This document shows, one piece after another, positions 20,793 to 31,092 of a stretch of 64,000 bases of DNA; within the stretch, counting starts at the first letter, position 1, and every line of letters begins with the position of its first letter. The stretch is from an uncultured Pseudomonadales bacterium (GTDB taxonomy: Bacteria; Patescibacteriota; Microgenomatia; UBA1400; UBA1396): contig CAZEEI010000002.1 in the NCBI GenBank assembly GCA_964511175.1, forward strand, positions 132,382 to 196,381, given 5' to 3'. The position numbers and the translations under genes were made by a program. The notes beneath the pieces are model-generated. The model was not told where the DNA came from. It saw only the letters and a program-made list of their open reading frames with translations, and made no database searches.

Positions 20793-21553
20793 GATGGTTG
20801 AGTAGTAATAAACTTAATTAACTCAGGAAAAATGGTATTCTGATCATAAATATAATGCTGCCGGTTGCCCAAAATCGGGGCGTAGCGAGAATACACATTA
20901 TATTTGACCGGCCGTATTTCTGCATCCGCTTGTAAAACAAGTTGTTTGGCTGCCAAAGCAACCTTTTGCGCCGTAATTGGTTCGGTGGCTAAGTTTACTA
21001 ATTTGAGATTGAGAGGAATAATTTTATTAATATCACTCCACAAATGTTCGATGTTGTAGAACTGGAATTCACTATCCGGATGGGTTCGGTCTAAGAGCTG
21101 ATTGTGTATCAAATCAAAAATAAAATTCTTTTTTAATCCCGGCCCAAAAAGAGCTGGCAGACGAATGATTGTATGTTTGGGAAAATGGTCAGCCACAAAT
21201 TTTTCCAACAATAGTCGATGTTTCCCGTAAGGTTGCTGTTCACTTTCTTTAATTGGTGTTTTTTCATCTACCCGTTGGGGGTGAGGATAAACATCGACGG
21301 TGGAAATGAGAATGAATTCCCGGGCGGCCACTGTTCTTAAATTATCTATAAGCGCGTTAATGGTACGCCAATCTTCCGCTGGTTCTTGATTAGCTCGCCA
21401 TTTAGCGGCGGGAGCACCCGCGCAAACTAGACAATCATAAGCCTGATGACACATATCGCCGCTGTTTTTAGAATTGTATAAATCGTCAAAATGAGTTTGA
21501 CGTGCCAGGTTGCCGCCTACAAAACCGGTGTATCCAATGAGCGCTGTTTTCAC
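20789..21553 (-). CDS. NAD(P)-dependent epimerase/dehydratase-like protein
   Basis: ALIGYTGFVG, ISTVDVY, YGKHR, RLPALFG; start re-called to GTG 21553. Confidence 0.82.
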   Translation of the reverse strand: MKTALIGYTGFVGGNLARQTHFDDLYNSKNSGDMCHQAYDCLVCAGAPAAKWRANQEPAEDWRTINALIDNLRTVAAREFILISTVDVYPHPQRVDEKTPIKESEQQPYGKHRLLLEKFVADHFPKHTIIRLPALFGPGLKKNFIFDLIHNQLLDRTHPDSEFQFYNIEHLWSDINKIIPLNLKLVNLATEPITAQKVALAAKQLVLQADAEIRPVKYNVYSRYAPILGNRQHYIYDQNTIFPELIKFITTQPS

Positions 21554-21603
21554 AATATTTTTTTCTAGTCGTTGGCTAACTGTAGTGTATACTAAGAACC
21601 CAA

Positions 21604-22584
21604 ATGAAGAAAACACTAATTCCTAGTAACACGCTTATTTCAGTGGTAGTTATTGCGGAAAATGTAGAGTCAATCATTTCTTCATATTTGCAGAAACTTG
21701 ATACTATTTTAAAAAATTATCCTGACGCAGAGATTGTTGTTGTGGACAACGCTTCATTTGACGGCACGGTAGTGCAGGTAAAAAAAATATTATCAAAAAT
21801 ATCACAGCTACGTCTTTTGGTTCTTTCTAAACCCTACAGTGCAGAAACAGCCTTGACTGCCGGATTAGATAATTGCATTGGTGATTACGTAATTGTTTGT
21901 AATCCAATTACCGATCGGCCCAATCTTGTTACAAAACTTTTGCCGTTTTTGCTTAAAGGGCAAGATGTTATTTTTTTGCGATTTACCCATTACGATTTCT
22001 TAGCGGGAGATAGAATTGTACGTTGGCTATCAGCAGTATTAGGACATGCTTATCATCGTAATATTTATTCTCATATTAATTATTCATTGGCTTTAAGCAG
22101 AAAAGCGGTTAATGCTTTGACTAAGGTACGTCGTAAGAAAAGATACTATAACTACATTAGTGAAGCCATTGGTTTTCAGGCTATTACCGTGACTTACGAA
22201 CCATTACACCGCCATCAACATTTATTAACTAAAGAAACGGTGTTTTCTTTAGTTATTCGCCTATTTGACGCTAGTATCAGCCACTCAGTTAAACCACTGC
22301 GCCTAGCTTCTTTAGTGGGTATAACGGCCAGTTTTTTGAATATTAGTTTTTTGTTATACGTTTTTGTCGTGAGCGTGGTCAAACAGAATATTGTGGAGGG
22401 GTGGGTTACTACCAGTGTTATGATGGGTACGATGTTTTTTATTCTTTTCCTCATTTTGACTATTATTTCCGAGTATTTGTTGCGTATTTTAGAGGAGAGC
22501 CGCCAGGAACCATTATATTTTGTAGCTGAAGAAATTGATAACTCCATTTTTTCGGTCAATCGACAGCATCTTAATGTAGTGTGA
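21604..22584 (+). CDS. GtrB/ArnC-like GT2 with two C-terminal TM helices, DxD absent
   Basis: VVDNASFDGT, ALTAGLD, KPLRLAS, EGWVTT, EYLLRILEESRQEPLY; CNPITD replaces MDADLQ. Confidence 0.8.
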   Translation: MKKTLIPSNTLISVVVIAENVESIISSYLQKLDTILKNYPDAEIVVVDNASFDGTVVQVKKILSKISQLRLLVLSKPYSAETALTAGLDNCIGDYVIVCNPITDRPNLVTKLLPFLLKGQDVIFLRFTHYDFLAGDRIVRWLSAVLGHAYHRNIYSHINYSLALSRKAVNALTKVRRKKRYYNYISEAIGFQAITVTYEPLHRHQHLLTKETVFSLVIRLFDASISHSVKPLRLASLVGITASFLNISFLLYVFVVSVVKQNIVEGWVTTSVMMGTMFFILFLILTIISEYLLRILEESRQEPLYFVAEEIDNSIFSVNRQHLNVV

Positions 22585-22622
22585 GTATTGACGAAACATA
22601 TTTTTACGCATACTTTATAGTG

Positions 22623-23918
22623 ATGAACAAAAACAAAAATTTGTCAGATTCCGCCCGTCAGAAAACCATTGATCCTGACTCTAAAAATTTTAAGGTTAGA
22701 CAATGCCGGGTTTGTGGTGGTAAGCACCTCTACCCATTTTTGTCATTAGGTGCTATGCCAATTCCCAACGGTTTTTTGGCCGAAGATGAGGTAGGGCAGA
22801 AAGAGCCACGTTATCCACTCGGAGTTTTAGTATGTGAGGACTGTTGGTTAGTGCAACTAACCCATGTGGTTCCAGCGGAGATTATGTTTAAAAATTATCT
22901 CTACATTCCTTCGACTTCGGCTACCATGCTGTCACATTTTCAATCGTTCGCCAAGGATGTTGTAAAGCAATTTAGTTTGGATAAAGGGGATCTAGTTATC
23001 GATATCGGTAGCAATGATGGAACACTATTGGGCTATTTTAAAGATCAAGAAATGAGAGTTCTAGGGATTGATCCGGCTTCTAATTTGGCTCAGGTGGCTA
23101 GATTAAAAGGTATAGACACTATCGATTCATTTTTTTCGGCTGCAGTGGCCAAGGAAGTACGGCCAAAATATGGTAAGGCCAAAATCATTACTGCTACTAA
23201 CGTTGTTGCCCACATTGATGACATTCACAGTCTTTGTGATGGGGTGGCCGAGTTATTAGATGATGATGGTGTGTTTATTATGGAATTTCCCTATTTATTA
23301 GATCTCTTAGACAAAAATGAGTTTGATACGATCTACCACGAGCATCTTTCTTATTTCTCGATTACACCGCTAGTTCATCTATTTAAGATGCATGATATGC
23401 AGATTATTGATGTTAAAAAGATGTCGGTTCATGGCGGATCAATCCGAGTCTATGTCACTAAAAAACAATCTACTAGACAAGTACAGTCTTCAGTACAGGA
23501 GTTTTTACAAAATGAGAAATTGAAAAAAATTGACAAACGGGTGGCCTATGATGATTTTGCCCGCCGAGTTAAGGTAATTAAGAGAGATTTAGTAGCTTTT
23601 CTCAAAAAATTACGGGGACAAGGAAAAAGGGTGGTGGGATATGGGGCTGCCGCTAAAGGTAACGTCCTATTGAATTATTGCGATATCACTACTAACCTGC
23701 TTGATTTTGTGGTTGATTCTATTTCTTATAAGCAGGGCCGCTATACTCCCGGGACACATATTCCGATTTATCCGGAAAGCCGTATCGAAAAAGAAAAACC
23801 CGATTATGTGTTGTTATTGGCCTGGAATTTTGCTGACGAAATTTTAAAAAAGCAAGTTTCTTATCGGGAAAAAGGTGGGCAATTTATTATCACCATTCCT
23901 TATTTGCGCATTGAATAA
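22623..23918 (+). CDS. NDP-sugar C-methyltransferase (TylCIII/EryBIII/NovU-like)
   Basis: Zn site CRVC..CEDC, DIGSNDG, FDTIYHEHLSYF, HGGSIR, GYGAAAKG, LAWNF. Confidence 0.9.
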   Translation: MNKNKNLSDSARQKTIDPDSKNFKVRQCRVCGGKHLYPFLSLGAMPIPNGFLAEDEVGQKEPRYPLGVLVCEDCWLVQLTHVVPAEIMFKNYLYIPSTSATMLSHFQSFAKDVVKQFSLDKGDLVIDIGSNDGTLLGYFKDQEMRVLGIDPASNLAQVARLKGIDTIDSFFSAAVAKEVRPKYGKAKIITATNVVAHIDDIHSLCDGVAELLDDDGVFIMEFPYLLDLLDKNEFDTIYHEHLSYFSITPLVHLFKMHDMQIIDVKKMSVHGGSIRVYVTKKQSTRQVQSSVQEFLQNEKLKKIDKRVAYDDFARRVKVIKRDLVAFLKKLRGQGKRVVGYGAAAKGNVLLNYCDITTNLLDFVVDSISYKQGRYTPGTHIPIYPESRIEKEKPDYVLLLAWNFADEILKKQVSYREKGGQFIITIPYLRIE

Positions 23919-23923
23919 GGGTC

Positions 23924-24820
23924 TTACGGCTGGTCGCAAATTTCGTTAATAATTTCTTGCCAAGTTCGGAATTGGGTATTAAATTGGCTTTGGGTCCATT
24001 GTGTGTCCAATCCGCCATACTGCGGATAACGCCTGTCATTTCCGGTTTGAGCTAAATATTTGGTCAGCGATCCGGATAGTAATGGTTTATTAACTTGACG
24101 AGCTTTGCGTAGTAAATATTCGGCGATTGCCAGTGGTGTTCCAGTATTGCGGCTAGAAACATGGAAAATACCTGTTTTAGGTTGTTTTAGCAGCCGGAGT
24201 AGGAGGGCGGTAAGTTCGGGAATAAAAGTAAGAGTCAGATATTGGTCGGCAAAAAAGGCGGGAAGACGTTGATTGTCATACCCATTAAGGATTTTTTGCA
24301 AATAATCGGCCTTAACAGAGAAGGATTGCCTTACCGGATTAGAAATACGAACAATACTGTAATGTTCAATTAATTCTTGCACCAAGTGTTCGCTTTGAAT
24401 TTTGCTCCAACCATACCAAGTGACTAAAGCAGGATCAGTTTCTACGGGAGCCGACTCCACGTATGGTCCTGGCGAATCAGCGCGGCCAGAAAAAACAGCA
24501 TCGGTGGAAATATGGATAAAGGGTCCGTTAAATAGTTGGTGAACTTGCGCTAATATTTTAGTGCCCAACACATTTATCCGCCAACACTCTCCTTGCTGGT
24601 TGTGTCTTTCTTGTTCACTTTGGCTAACGTTGGTAAAAGCGGCAAAATGAATTGTTGCTTCGGGTTGAAAATCTTGATAAAGCTCTTGTACTGCGCTTAA
24701 TTGAGTAATATCCATTTCAGCATGGGTTGGTGCCAAAATTTCTAGCCCGGATATATTTTGGGCTGTTTCTTGGAAGTGCGATCCCACTAGTCCGCGTCCA
24801 CCGGTAATTAGGATTCTCAT
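23924..24820 (-). CDS. RmlD-like dTDP-4-dehydrorhamnose reductase
   Basis: ITGGRGLVG, HFAAFTNV, HISTDAVF, YGWSK. Confidence 0.8.
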   Translation of the reverse strand: MRILITGGRGLVGSHFQETAQNISGLEILAPTHAEMDITQLSAVQELYQDFQPEATIHFAAFTNVSQSEQERHNQQGECWRINVLGTKILAQVHQLFNGPFIHISTDAVFSGRADSPGPYVESAPVETDPALVTWYGWSKIQSEHLVQELIEHYSIVRISNPVRQSFSVKADYLQKILNGYDNQRLPAFFADQYLTLTFIPELTALLLRLLKQPKTGIFHVSSRNTGTPLAIAEYLLRKARQVNKPLLSGSLTKYLAQTGNDRRYPQYGGLDTQWTQSQFNTQFRTWQEIINEICDQP

Positions 24821-27800
24821 AAGCGAATACTTAGATCTTCTTTTTCCAAAGTTAGGTTTTCATTGTAGTAAGGATCATGTTTGAGTGCCGTACCCCACCG
24901 TTTTTGCAGTTTAGTAACCTCTTTCTTCAGAAGAGAGTCATCACGTTGGCGAGTTTCCGGCCGACCAACCGAAACTGATTCATGGTGATAGAGTACGGCA
25001 AAGGGGGTATAGACATGACGCAATCCTTGCTGACTGAGACGTAAACACAAATCGACATCATTAAAAGCAACCCGGAAGAGGGGATCCATGCCATTAACGG
25101 CGAAATACTTCTTCTTTTCGATCATTAAGCAGGCAGCGGTAACCGCCGACCAATTCCGAATCACATCTTTATTGTTAAAAATGGGCAATTTTCCAGGTTC
25201 ACTGGCGGGAAAAAGTTTTTGTGAATGACCGGCCATACCAGCGATGCCTAAAATAATTCCGCCATGTTGCAATAAACCATTGGGATAAAGCAACTTAGCT
25301 CCTACAGCGCCGATTTCCGGCAGTTGGGCATACTCTAAAAGCGCTTCCAACCAGCGTGGCTCGACTACTTCGGTATCGTTATTGAGGAAAAGAAGAAAAT
25401 CACCTTGGCTTTTTTGGGCGGCATAATTATTAATATCCGAATAATTAAACGGTTTTTGATAATTGAGCACGGTTATGTTTTTTCTTTTTTGAATTCGATC
25501 AAAATAAGCTAATGCTTCCAGTTCGGTACTTTGGTTGTTTACCACGATTATTTCGTAGTTTGGATAATGCGTTTTTTGAGTAATGCTATCGATACATCTT
25601 TTCAAATAATCAGCGCCATCTTTGGTAGGGATAATAATGGAAACTAGAGGTTGTTTGATAATCGTTGGTTGAACGTAAAATAAATCAGGACGAATACCTG
25701 GCAGGAGCTTACCCCTCAGATGACGTCGCTTCATGGCATCCAGCAGCGCCCTCTCGGTACTACTTTGCGCGTAACTCTTGGCGGTGTATACCGTTGCGGT
25801 TGAACCAACAATCTTGCGCCAGTGGTAGAGAACCATGGGAATATGCTGAATATTTTTAGTTTTTTCCGTAAACCGCAGCACAAAATCATAGTCCTGAGAA
25901 CCTTCATAACCAACCCGGAAGCCGCCGATCTTTTTAGCCAAAGCAGTGCGATATACGCCTAAATGGCAGGTGTACATGCTGGAAAGAAAATATTCCGGTG
26001 ACCAATCCGGTTTAAAGAAGACATCGCAGCGCCGGCCCTGCTCATCCAGCTTATCTTCATCGCTGTAAATCATATCAGCTTCAGGGTATTTATTTAGCCA
26101 GACAACCACTGCCGCTAAGGCATGGGGGGCAAGTTCGTCATCATGATCAAGTAAAGCGATGTATTCACCAGTAGCTTGTTGGAGAGCCAGCTGCGTGGCA
26201 GCTGATATCCCTTGATTTTTTTGGTTAAAAGTTACTTGAATATTTTGCTGGTGAAGAGAATGGAGGTAATCAAGAGTACTGGCTTGGGTTGAACCATCAT
26301 CCACAATACAAATTTCCCAGTTATCATAAAGTTGGTTTTTTACCGACTCAATGGATTTATCCAGCCAGCGAATATCAGAATTATAGGTTGGCAATAAAAT
26401 GCTAATTTTGGGACGATACTCTAATTTTTTTAACTGTGATGTTACTAAGGATAGATGTTGTGGTTCATTTTTTTGAATCCACTGCTGGTATTGATAGTTG
26501 TACCAGGCAACTTGATCACCAACGATTCTATTTTCCTGAATTTTCCGGTAAAGACCGGCGGGGCCTTGCTGAATTAGGATCTTAATTACTTTGCGCCCCT
26601 TGTTTACCGCGTTCAGTTTGGTCAGCGCTGACAAAATTGAAAAAGAAACATCTTCGGGGGCAGTTGCCAATGTAAAACCTTGGCCAAATAAAGAAAGTTG
26701 GGGGTTATAGAAAGGATCATTATCAATTAATTTGCCCCAGGTTTCGCGCATATAAAGGATTTCATGCAAATCAATCTTACGGCCAGTTTCCTCGACCTTG
26801 CCAACGCTGATTGATTCATGATGAGTTAAAACTACGTGCGGATCATAGACAATTTGGAAGCCGTGTTGACGTAAACGTAAACAAAAATCGATATCGCTAA
26901 ATAAGACTTTCAAGTCCTCTTCTTGAAAGCCACCAACCTTCTGGTAAAGCGATTTTTTAGTTAAAAAACAAGCTCCCGTTACCGCCGACCAGTTTCTGGT
27001 TAAATCTTTAAAGAAAAAACGGGGATTTTCTTTAATTGCGCTATCAGGCATACCTTTAAAGGGGTGACCAGCCACACCAAGATCGTTGGGATTATTTTTC
27101 ATTCCCAAGAGTACACCGGCATGTTGCAAAGTACCGTTAGGGTAAAGGAGCTTGGGAGCCACGCCGCCAATATCGGCACGCTGCATGTATCCTACTAAAG
27201 GACTGAGCCAATCTTTGGTTATTGGCTCGATATCATTATTTAAGAGCAAAATATATTCACCCCGAGCGTGTTCTACGGCAAAGTTAAAAATTCGGGAGAT
27301 ATTAAAGGGTTGAGTGAAATCTAGGATGGTTATTTGCGGATATTTAGCCAACTCAGCAAAATAAGCCAAAGTTTCCGGTTGTTCACTATTATTGTTAACA
27401 ATGAGAATCTCAAAGTTTTGGTATGGTTGGTTTAGCACGCCATCGATACTTTTACGCAGTAAATCAACGTGATCTTTAGTTGGCACAATAACCGAAACAA
27501 GTCTTGATGTTTTAGTTTGATAACGGAGTGTTAAAGAATTGGCAGATGGCTCTTCTGTAACGTTGACCGTCCAACCACGCCGCTGGAGAGAGATTTCTAA
27601 TGAAGATTTATTGGTGCGATTGGCTTTTTTAATTCGCAATGGCAAAAATTCGCTAAACAGTATTACCGGAAGATGAGCAAAACGGGTGGGATATTCGGAT
27701 AATTTTAAAAGGTATTCGTACAAAAAGGCTTGATTTTTAGAAAAGAAGCCATGCTTGCGGAAAATCTTGGTATTCAAAAAAATAAAATTACCTAAATAGT

Positions 27801-28602
27801 TATTGGCTAAAAAAAGATCTAGAGAAAAATCGGGTTTAAACAGCGGATCATGATGCTGAAAATGGGAATTGATTGTATCTTCATCAAAATATAACACATC
27901 GGTCTGCTCGTGTTCACCTAAATATCTTTGTACTTCTTGTAAGGTTATTGGGAACAAGGCCAATGGGAAAAGTATAAGGCCGACAAATGATCGTTTCTTA
28001 TTTTTTAGTAACCGATTAATAATTTCCGGTATGTCCAGTGAGCTTTTAGCTGAATGCAAAGAAATTTGTAAATTTCTTTTGGTATATTGACGCAGCCTGG
28101 GCCATATCTTAGCTTTAGAGTGAACCACTAAACATAATTCCCAGTAAGGATAGCTTTGTTGTTCTAAAGTAGACAGTGATTGTCTCACTTGTGTCCAATC
28201 AGCATTTTGGTCAATAACACCGATCAACAAAAGGGGGGATGCTAAAGGAGAGATGGCTGACGGCAAAATCCTCTGGGGTGAATTATCTTCCAACCAACGC
28301 TGGTACACATCAGTAGTGAGGAAATGTTTTTGTCCGAAGATTGCTTTTTTAATTAAAATCTTTAACTGAGCCCAAATTTGCCAAACACGAAAAGTTTTAG
28401 CACGTTTAATGCCATCTAAAATATAAGAAAGGTTATTGCTATGCTGACGCCAGATCATTAGTTCGTGCTGTAGGGCATCATTGTCTTTTTTAAGTAATCG
28501 ATTATCGTGTTTCAGTTCACGTATAACAGGGGATAATGCATTGCGTTTAGTGGGCTTGAAAGATTTTGAGAGCATATGACAAATAATTAATAAGGAACTC
28601 AC
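24817..28602 (-). CDS. Large multidomain GT2 (RfbC/WsaE-like), two tandem GT2-GT2 modules
   Basis: Repeated VSV/IIPTKD..LLNND.E..KLLYPNG.LQH.G..RNWSAVT.AC..HHES.SVG..DP.YN..L units; LLDHDDEL; N-terminal coiled coil. Confidence 0.9.
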   Translation of the reverse strand: MSSLLIICHMLSKSFKPTKRNALSPVIRELKHDNRLLKKDNDALQHELMIWRQHSNNLSYILDGIKRAKTFRVWQIWAQLKILIKKAIFGQKHFLTTDVYQRWLEDNSPQRILPSAISPLASPLLLIGVIDQNADWTQVRQSLSTLEQQSYPYWELCLVVHSKAKIWPRLRQYTKRNLQISLHSAKSSLDIPEIINRLLKNKKRSFVGLILFPLALFPITLQEVQRYLGEHEQTDVLYFDEDTINSHFQHHDPLFKPDFSLDLFLANNYLGNFIFLNTKIFRKHGFFSKNQAFLYEYLLKLSEYPTRFAHLPVILFSEFLPLRIKKANRTNKSSLEISLQRRGWTVNVTEEPSANSLTLRYQTKTSRLVSVIVPTKDHVDLLRKSIDGVLNQPYQNFEILIVNNNSEQPETLAYFAELAKYPQITILDFTQPFNISRIFNFAVEHARGEYILLLNNDIEPITKDWLSPLVGYMQRADIGGVAPKLLYPNGTLQHAGVLLGMKNNPNDLGVAGHPFKGMPDSAIKENPRFFFKDLTRNWSAVTGACFLTKKSLYQKVGGFQEEDLKVLFSDIDFCLRLRQHGFQIVYDPHVVLTHHESISVGKVEETGRKIDLHEILYMRETWGKLIDNDPFYNPQLSLFGQGFTLATAPEDVSFSILSALTKLNAVNKGRKVIKILIQQGPAGLYRKIQENRIVGDQVAWYNYQYQQWIQKNEPQHLSLVTSQLKKLEYRPKISILLPTYNSDIRWLDKSIESVKNQLYDNWEICIVDDGSTQASTLDYLHSLHQQNIQVTFNQKNQGISAATQLALQQATGEYIALLDHDDELAPHALAAVVVWLNKYPEADMIYSDEDKLDEQGRRCDVFFKPDWSPEYFLSSMYTCHLGVYRTALAKKIGGFRVGYEGSQDYDFVLRFTEKTKNIQHIPMVLYHWRKIVGSTATVYTAKSYAQSSTERALLDAMKRRHLRGKLLPGIRPDLFYVQPTIIKQPLVSIIIPTKDGADYLKRCIDSITQKTHYPNYEIIVVNNQSTELEALAYFDRIQKRKNITVLNYQKPFNYSDINNYAAQKSQGDFLLFLNNDTEVVEPRWLEALLEYAQLPEIGAVGAKLLYPNGLLQHGGIILGIAGMAGHSQKLFPASEPGKLPIFNNKDVIRNWSAVTAACLMIEKKKYFAVNGMDPLFRVAFNDVDLCLRLSQQGLRHVYTPFAVLYHHESVSVGRPETRQRDDSLLKKEVTKLQKRWGTALKHDPYYNENLTLEKEDLSIRL

Positions 28603-28671
28603 CTTCCATATTACATCATTATTTACTCATACCAAGCAGCATGTATAAATATTTGACAAGTAATTGAATAA

Positions 28672-29544
28672 TTGGATGATTATCGATATCCTATATCAGA
28701 TATGTTTGGATTTCACAAAGGCATGGGCCTGCAAGATTATGCTCAATTTCTTTATGAGGTAATTAAGCGGAACACTGAAACTCCCAAACAGTTAGCTATA
28801 GTACAACAGAAATTAGTTGACCTTGACGATAAAATTAATCACAATGCAATACTTTTTAACCAGCTTATTCAAATTGTTCAAAAAATTGAGACTATCTCAA
28901 CAGAATTAACTCAAAAAAGTTGTGTTGAAGATTTTTCTTTTTATCAACATATCTTTTCCTCTAAACTGATTATTTTTGAGAAAAAAATTTCACCCAAGAT
29001 TTTTAACAATATAAATAAGACTATTTTGTGGCTTGGTAATAAATCGATGATCCCAACAGGATTAAAACAACGATCGCGACTTTCCCTAATCAATTTAACT
29101 GAATTACCATCCGCACTTTTTGATCTTAATCAACGGCATATTTCTTATGATATAGTTGTCGTTTCTAATATTCTTCTTACCAATCTTTTATTAACGCATT
29201 CATCCTTATTTATTGTCATGGGAAGGATTACTAAATTAACTTGGATATTAGCCCTACCCGAAGAAAATGAGCTTGATTACCTGGCTAGTTTTTTAACCAA
29301 GCAGATAGATGATACCGAAAGTACGAGTCAAAATATTGCCAAATTACACGCAGCCGGATTTTTTGAGATAGAAGCTATATTTAATGATGGCTCTCGTAAT
29401 ATTACTAGATATGCTCGCGAAAAAGGGTTTTATAATTACCTCTCTTTTCCTACTGAAAAGGTAAATTTATCTGAAAAACGTACGGCTCAGTTTTTAATAG
29501 CCAGAAAAATTCCTAAGTATACAGATTTTGATGAAAAACTATGA
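28672..29544 (+). CDS. Hypothetical protein: coiled coil plus degenerate methyltransferase-like tail
   Basis: AT-rich ORF; heptad region aa ~40-80; LHAAGFFEIE and FLIARK resemble MTase C-termini; start uncertain. Confidence 0.55.
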   Translation: MDDYRYPISDMFGFHKGMGLQDYAQFLYEVIKRNTETPKQLAIVQQKLVDLDDKINHNAILFNQLIQIVQKIETISTELTQKSCVEDFSFYQHIFSSKLIIFEKKISPKIFNNINKTILWLGNKSMIPTGLKQRSRLSLINLTELPSALFDLNQRHISYDIVVVSNILLTNLLLTHSSLFIVMGRITKLTWILALPEENELDYLASFLTKQIDDTESTSQNIAKLHAAGFFEIEAIFNDGSRNITRYAREKGFYNYLSFPTEKVNLSEKRTAQFLIARKIPKYTDFDEKL

Positions 29545-30500
29545 GTGAAAGATTGCCACAACATTGTTTTTTATTATATGGTTATGGTTCCGAATATGTG
29601 CTTCATCCATTGTTTGAGTATATTGTTGACCATCCAGAGCTTGGCGAAGTTATAGAGATTGATGCTCTTCAAGAAAAAGAGTACCTTAGCAAAATAGAAT
29701 TGTTAAAAGGAAAAAAATCGATTATTTTTATTACCTCTGCTCATTTTCTTGAAGATCAACATCTTTTTAATTTTTTAACCAGTTCTCAAGATAGTAAGAT
29801 TATTTCACCTTTAGAAATAATGTCATTCTTACGATCCCAAAAAAATATTTTTGTTGCCCATGATCTGACTATGCCCATATTAACAGAGGAAGAAAATTAT
29901 TTGATGCTTTTTGATTATATTGTCATACCGTACCCACATCAAAAATCAGTAGCTGGTAATCCAGTTTTTATATCAGATGTTGGTTGGATTAAATATGCAG
30001 CCAATTTAAAGTCAACAACTAAGGAAAAAGGAACAATTTTCTTTTTATCTGATTTTCAAATGTATAGAAATTATGGGTTTGAAAGCATGTATAAAAGATT
30101 TAAATTTCTTTTTGATCATGGGATACCAATCAAACTTCCGGTATATATTGATACAAGAATTTTTGAACAAAAATTGCGTGACAGGGGTGTTAAGGTTATT
30201 CCGGCGATTAAAGACTCTGTAAAAGAAATAATTAAACACAAACACATTATTGTTAACGGCATGTCTTCCGTAATTACCGAGGCGGCACTTTTAGGTAAAC
30301 AAGTAACGGTGATTCAGGAGGAATTTTATCCACCCTATTTATATCAAGAGTTATTTGATCGCTTTCCCAATTTACATAAAGTAAGAGAAAGTCACGAGAT
30401 AAAGTTATCTGCTACTAACCCAACTGGAACCAATACGGTGTTGGTACCTTTCCAGCCAAAGAAATTTATCAGTAAAATCCTTGATTTAGAAAAAGAATAA
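29541..30500 (+). CDS. Hypothetical GT-B/TagF-like transferase
   Basis: C-terminal IIVNGMSSVITEAALLGKQV resembles the TagF/capsule-transferase motif; ATGA coupling. Confidence 0.5.
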   Translation: MSERLPQHCFLLYGYGSEYVLHPLFEYIVDHPELGEVIEIDALQEKEYLSKIELLKGKKSIIFITSAHFLEDQHLFNFLTSSQDSKIISPLEIMSFLRSQKNIFVAHDLTMPILTEEENYLMLFDYIVIPYPHQKSVAGNPVFISDVGWIKYAANLKSTTKEKGTIFFLSDFQMYRNYGFESMYKRFKFLFDHGIPIKLPVYIDTRIFEQKLRDRGVKVIPAIKDSVKEIIKHKHIIVNGMSSVITEAALLGKQVTVIQEEFYPPYLYQELFDRFPNLHKVRESHEIKLSATNPTGTNTVLVPFQPKKFISKILDLEKE

Positions 30501-30501
30501 G

Positions 30502-31092
30502 ATGAAATATCTTTTTGATCTCGATGGTACGGTAACTAATCAAGAAATTTTACCCTTGATAGCCCGTGATCTTGGTTTGGAAAATGAAATGGCGGAGTTG
30601 ACGAGAAAAACTATGCAAGGTGAAATACCTTTTGAACATAGTTTTCGTATACGTGTAGAAATGTTGGCGCGTGTTCCTATAAATAGAGTACAAGAAATTG
30701 TATCGAGGGTATCTATTAGTAAGCCAATTCTAAATTTTTTGACCAACCATGTTGAGACAAGCGCCATTGTTACCGGCAATCTTGACATTTGGATTCAGCC
30801 ACTAAGGGAAAAAATTCCAGTTTGTTTTTATACTTCCAAAGCCAAATATGAGGGTAATACTTTGCTGGGTATCAAATCAATTCTCAACAAAGGTCTCATT
30901 GGCAAGCAGTATGATTTAGAAGAAGTGGTTGTTGCTGTGGGAGACGGCAACAATGATTTGGAAATGTTGGAGAATGCCGCTATTGCGATAGCCTATGGAG
31001 GTGTACATACGCCAGCGGAAGCACTTTTATCGATAGCAGATTATGCTATTTATCAGGATGAAAAATTATGTCAATTTCTAACACAGTTGTAA
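30502..31092 (+). CDS. HAD-IB phosphatase (SerB-like)
   Basis: FDLDGT, LTRKTMQGEIPF, VGDGNND. Confidence 0.88.
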   Translation: MKYLFDLDGTVTNQEILPLIARDLGLENEMAELTRKTMQGEIPFEHSFRIRVEMLARVPINRVQEIVSRVSISKPILNFLTNHVETSAIVTGNLDIWIQPLREKIPVCFYTSKAKYEGNTLLGIKSILNKGLIGKQYDLEEVVVAVGDGNNDLEMLENAAIAIAYGGVHTPAEALLSIADYAIYQDEKLCQFLTQL

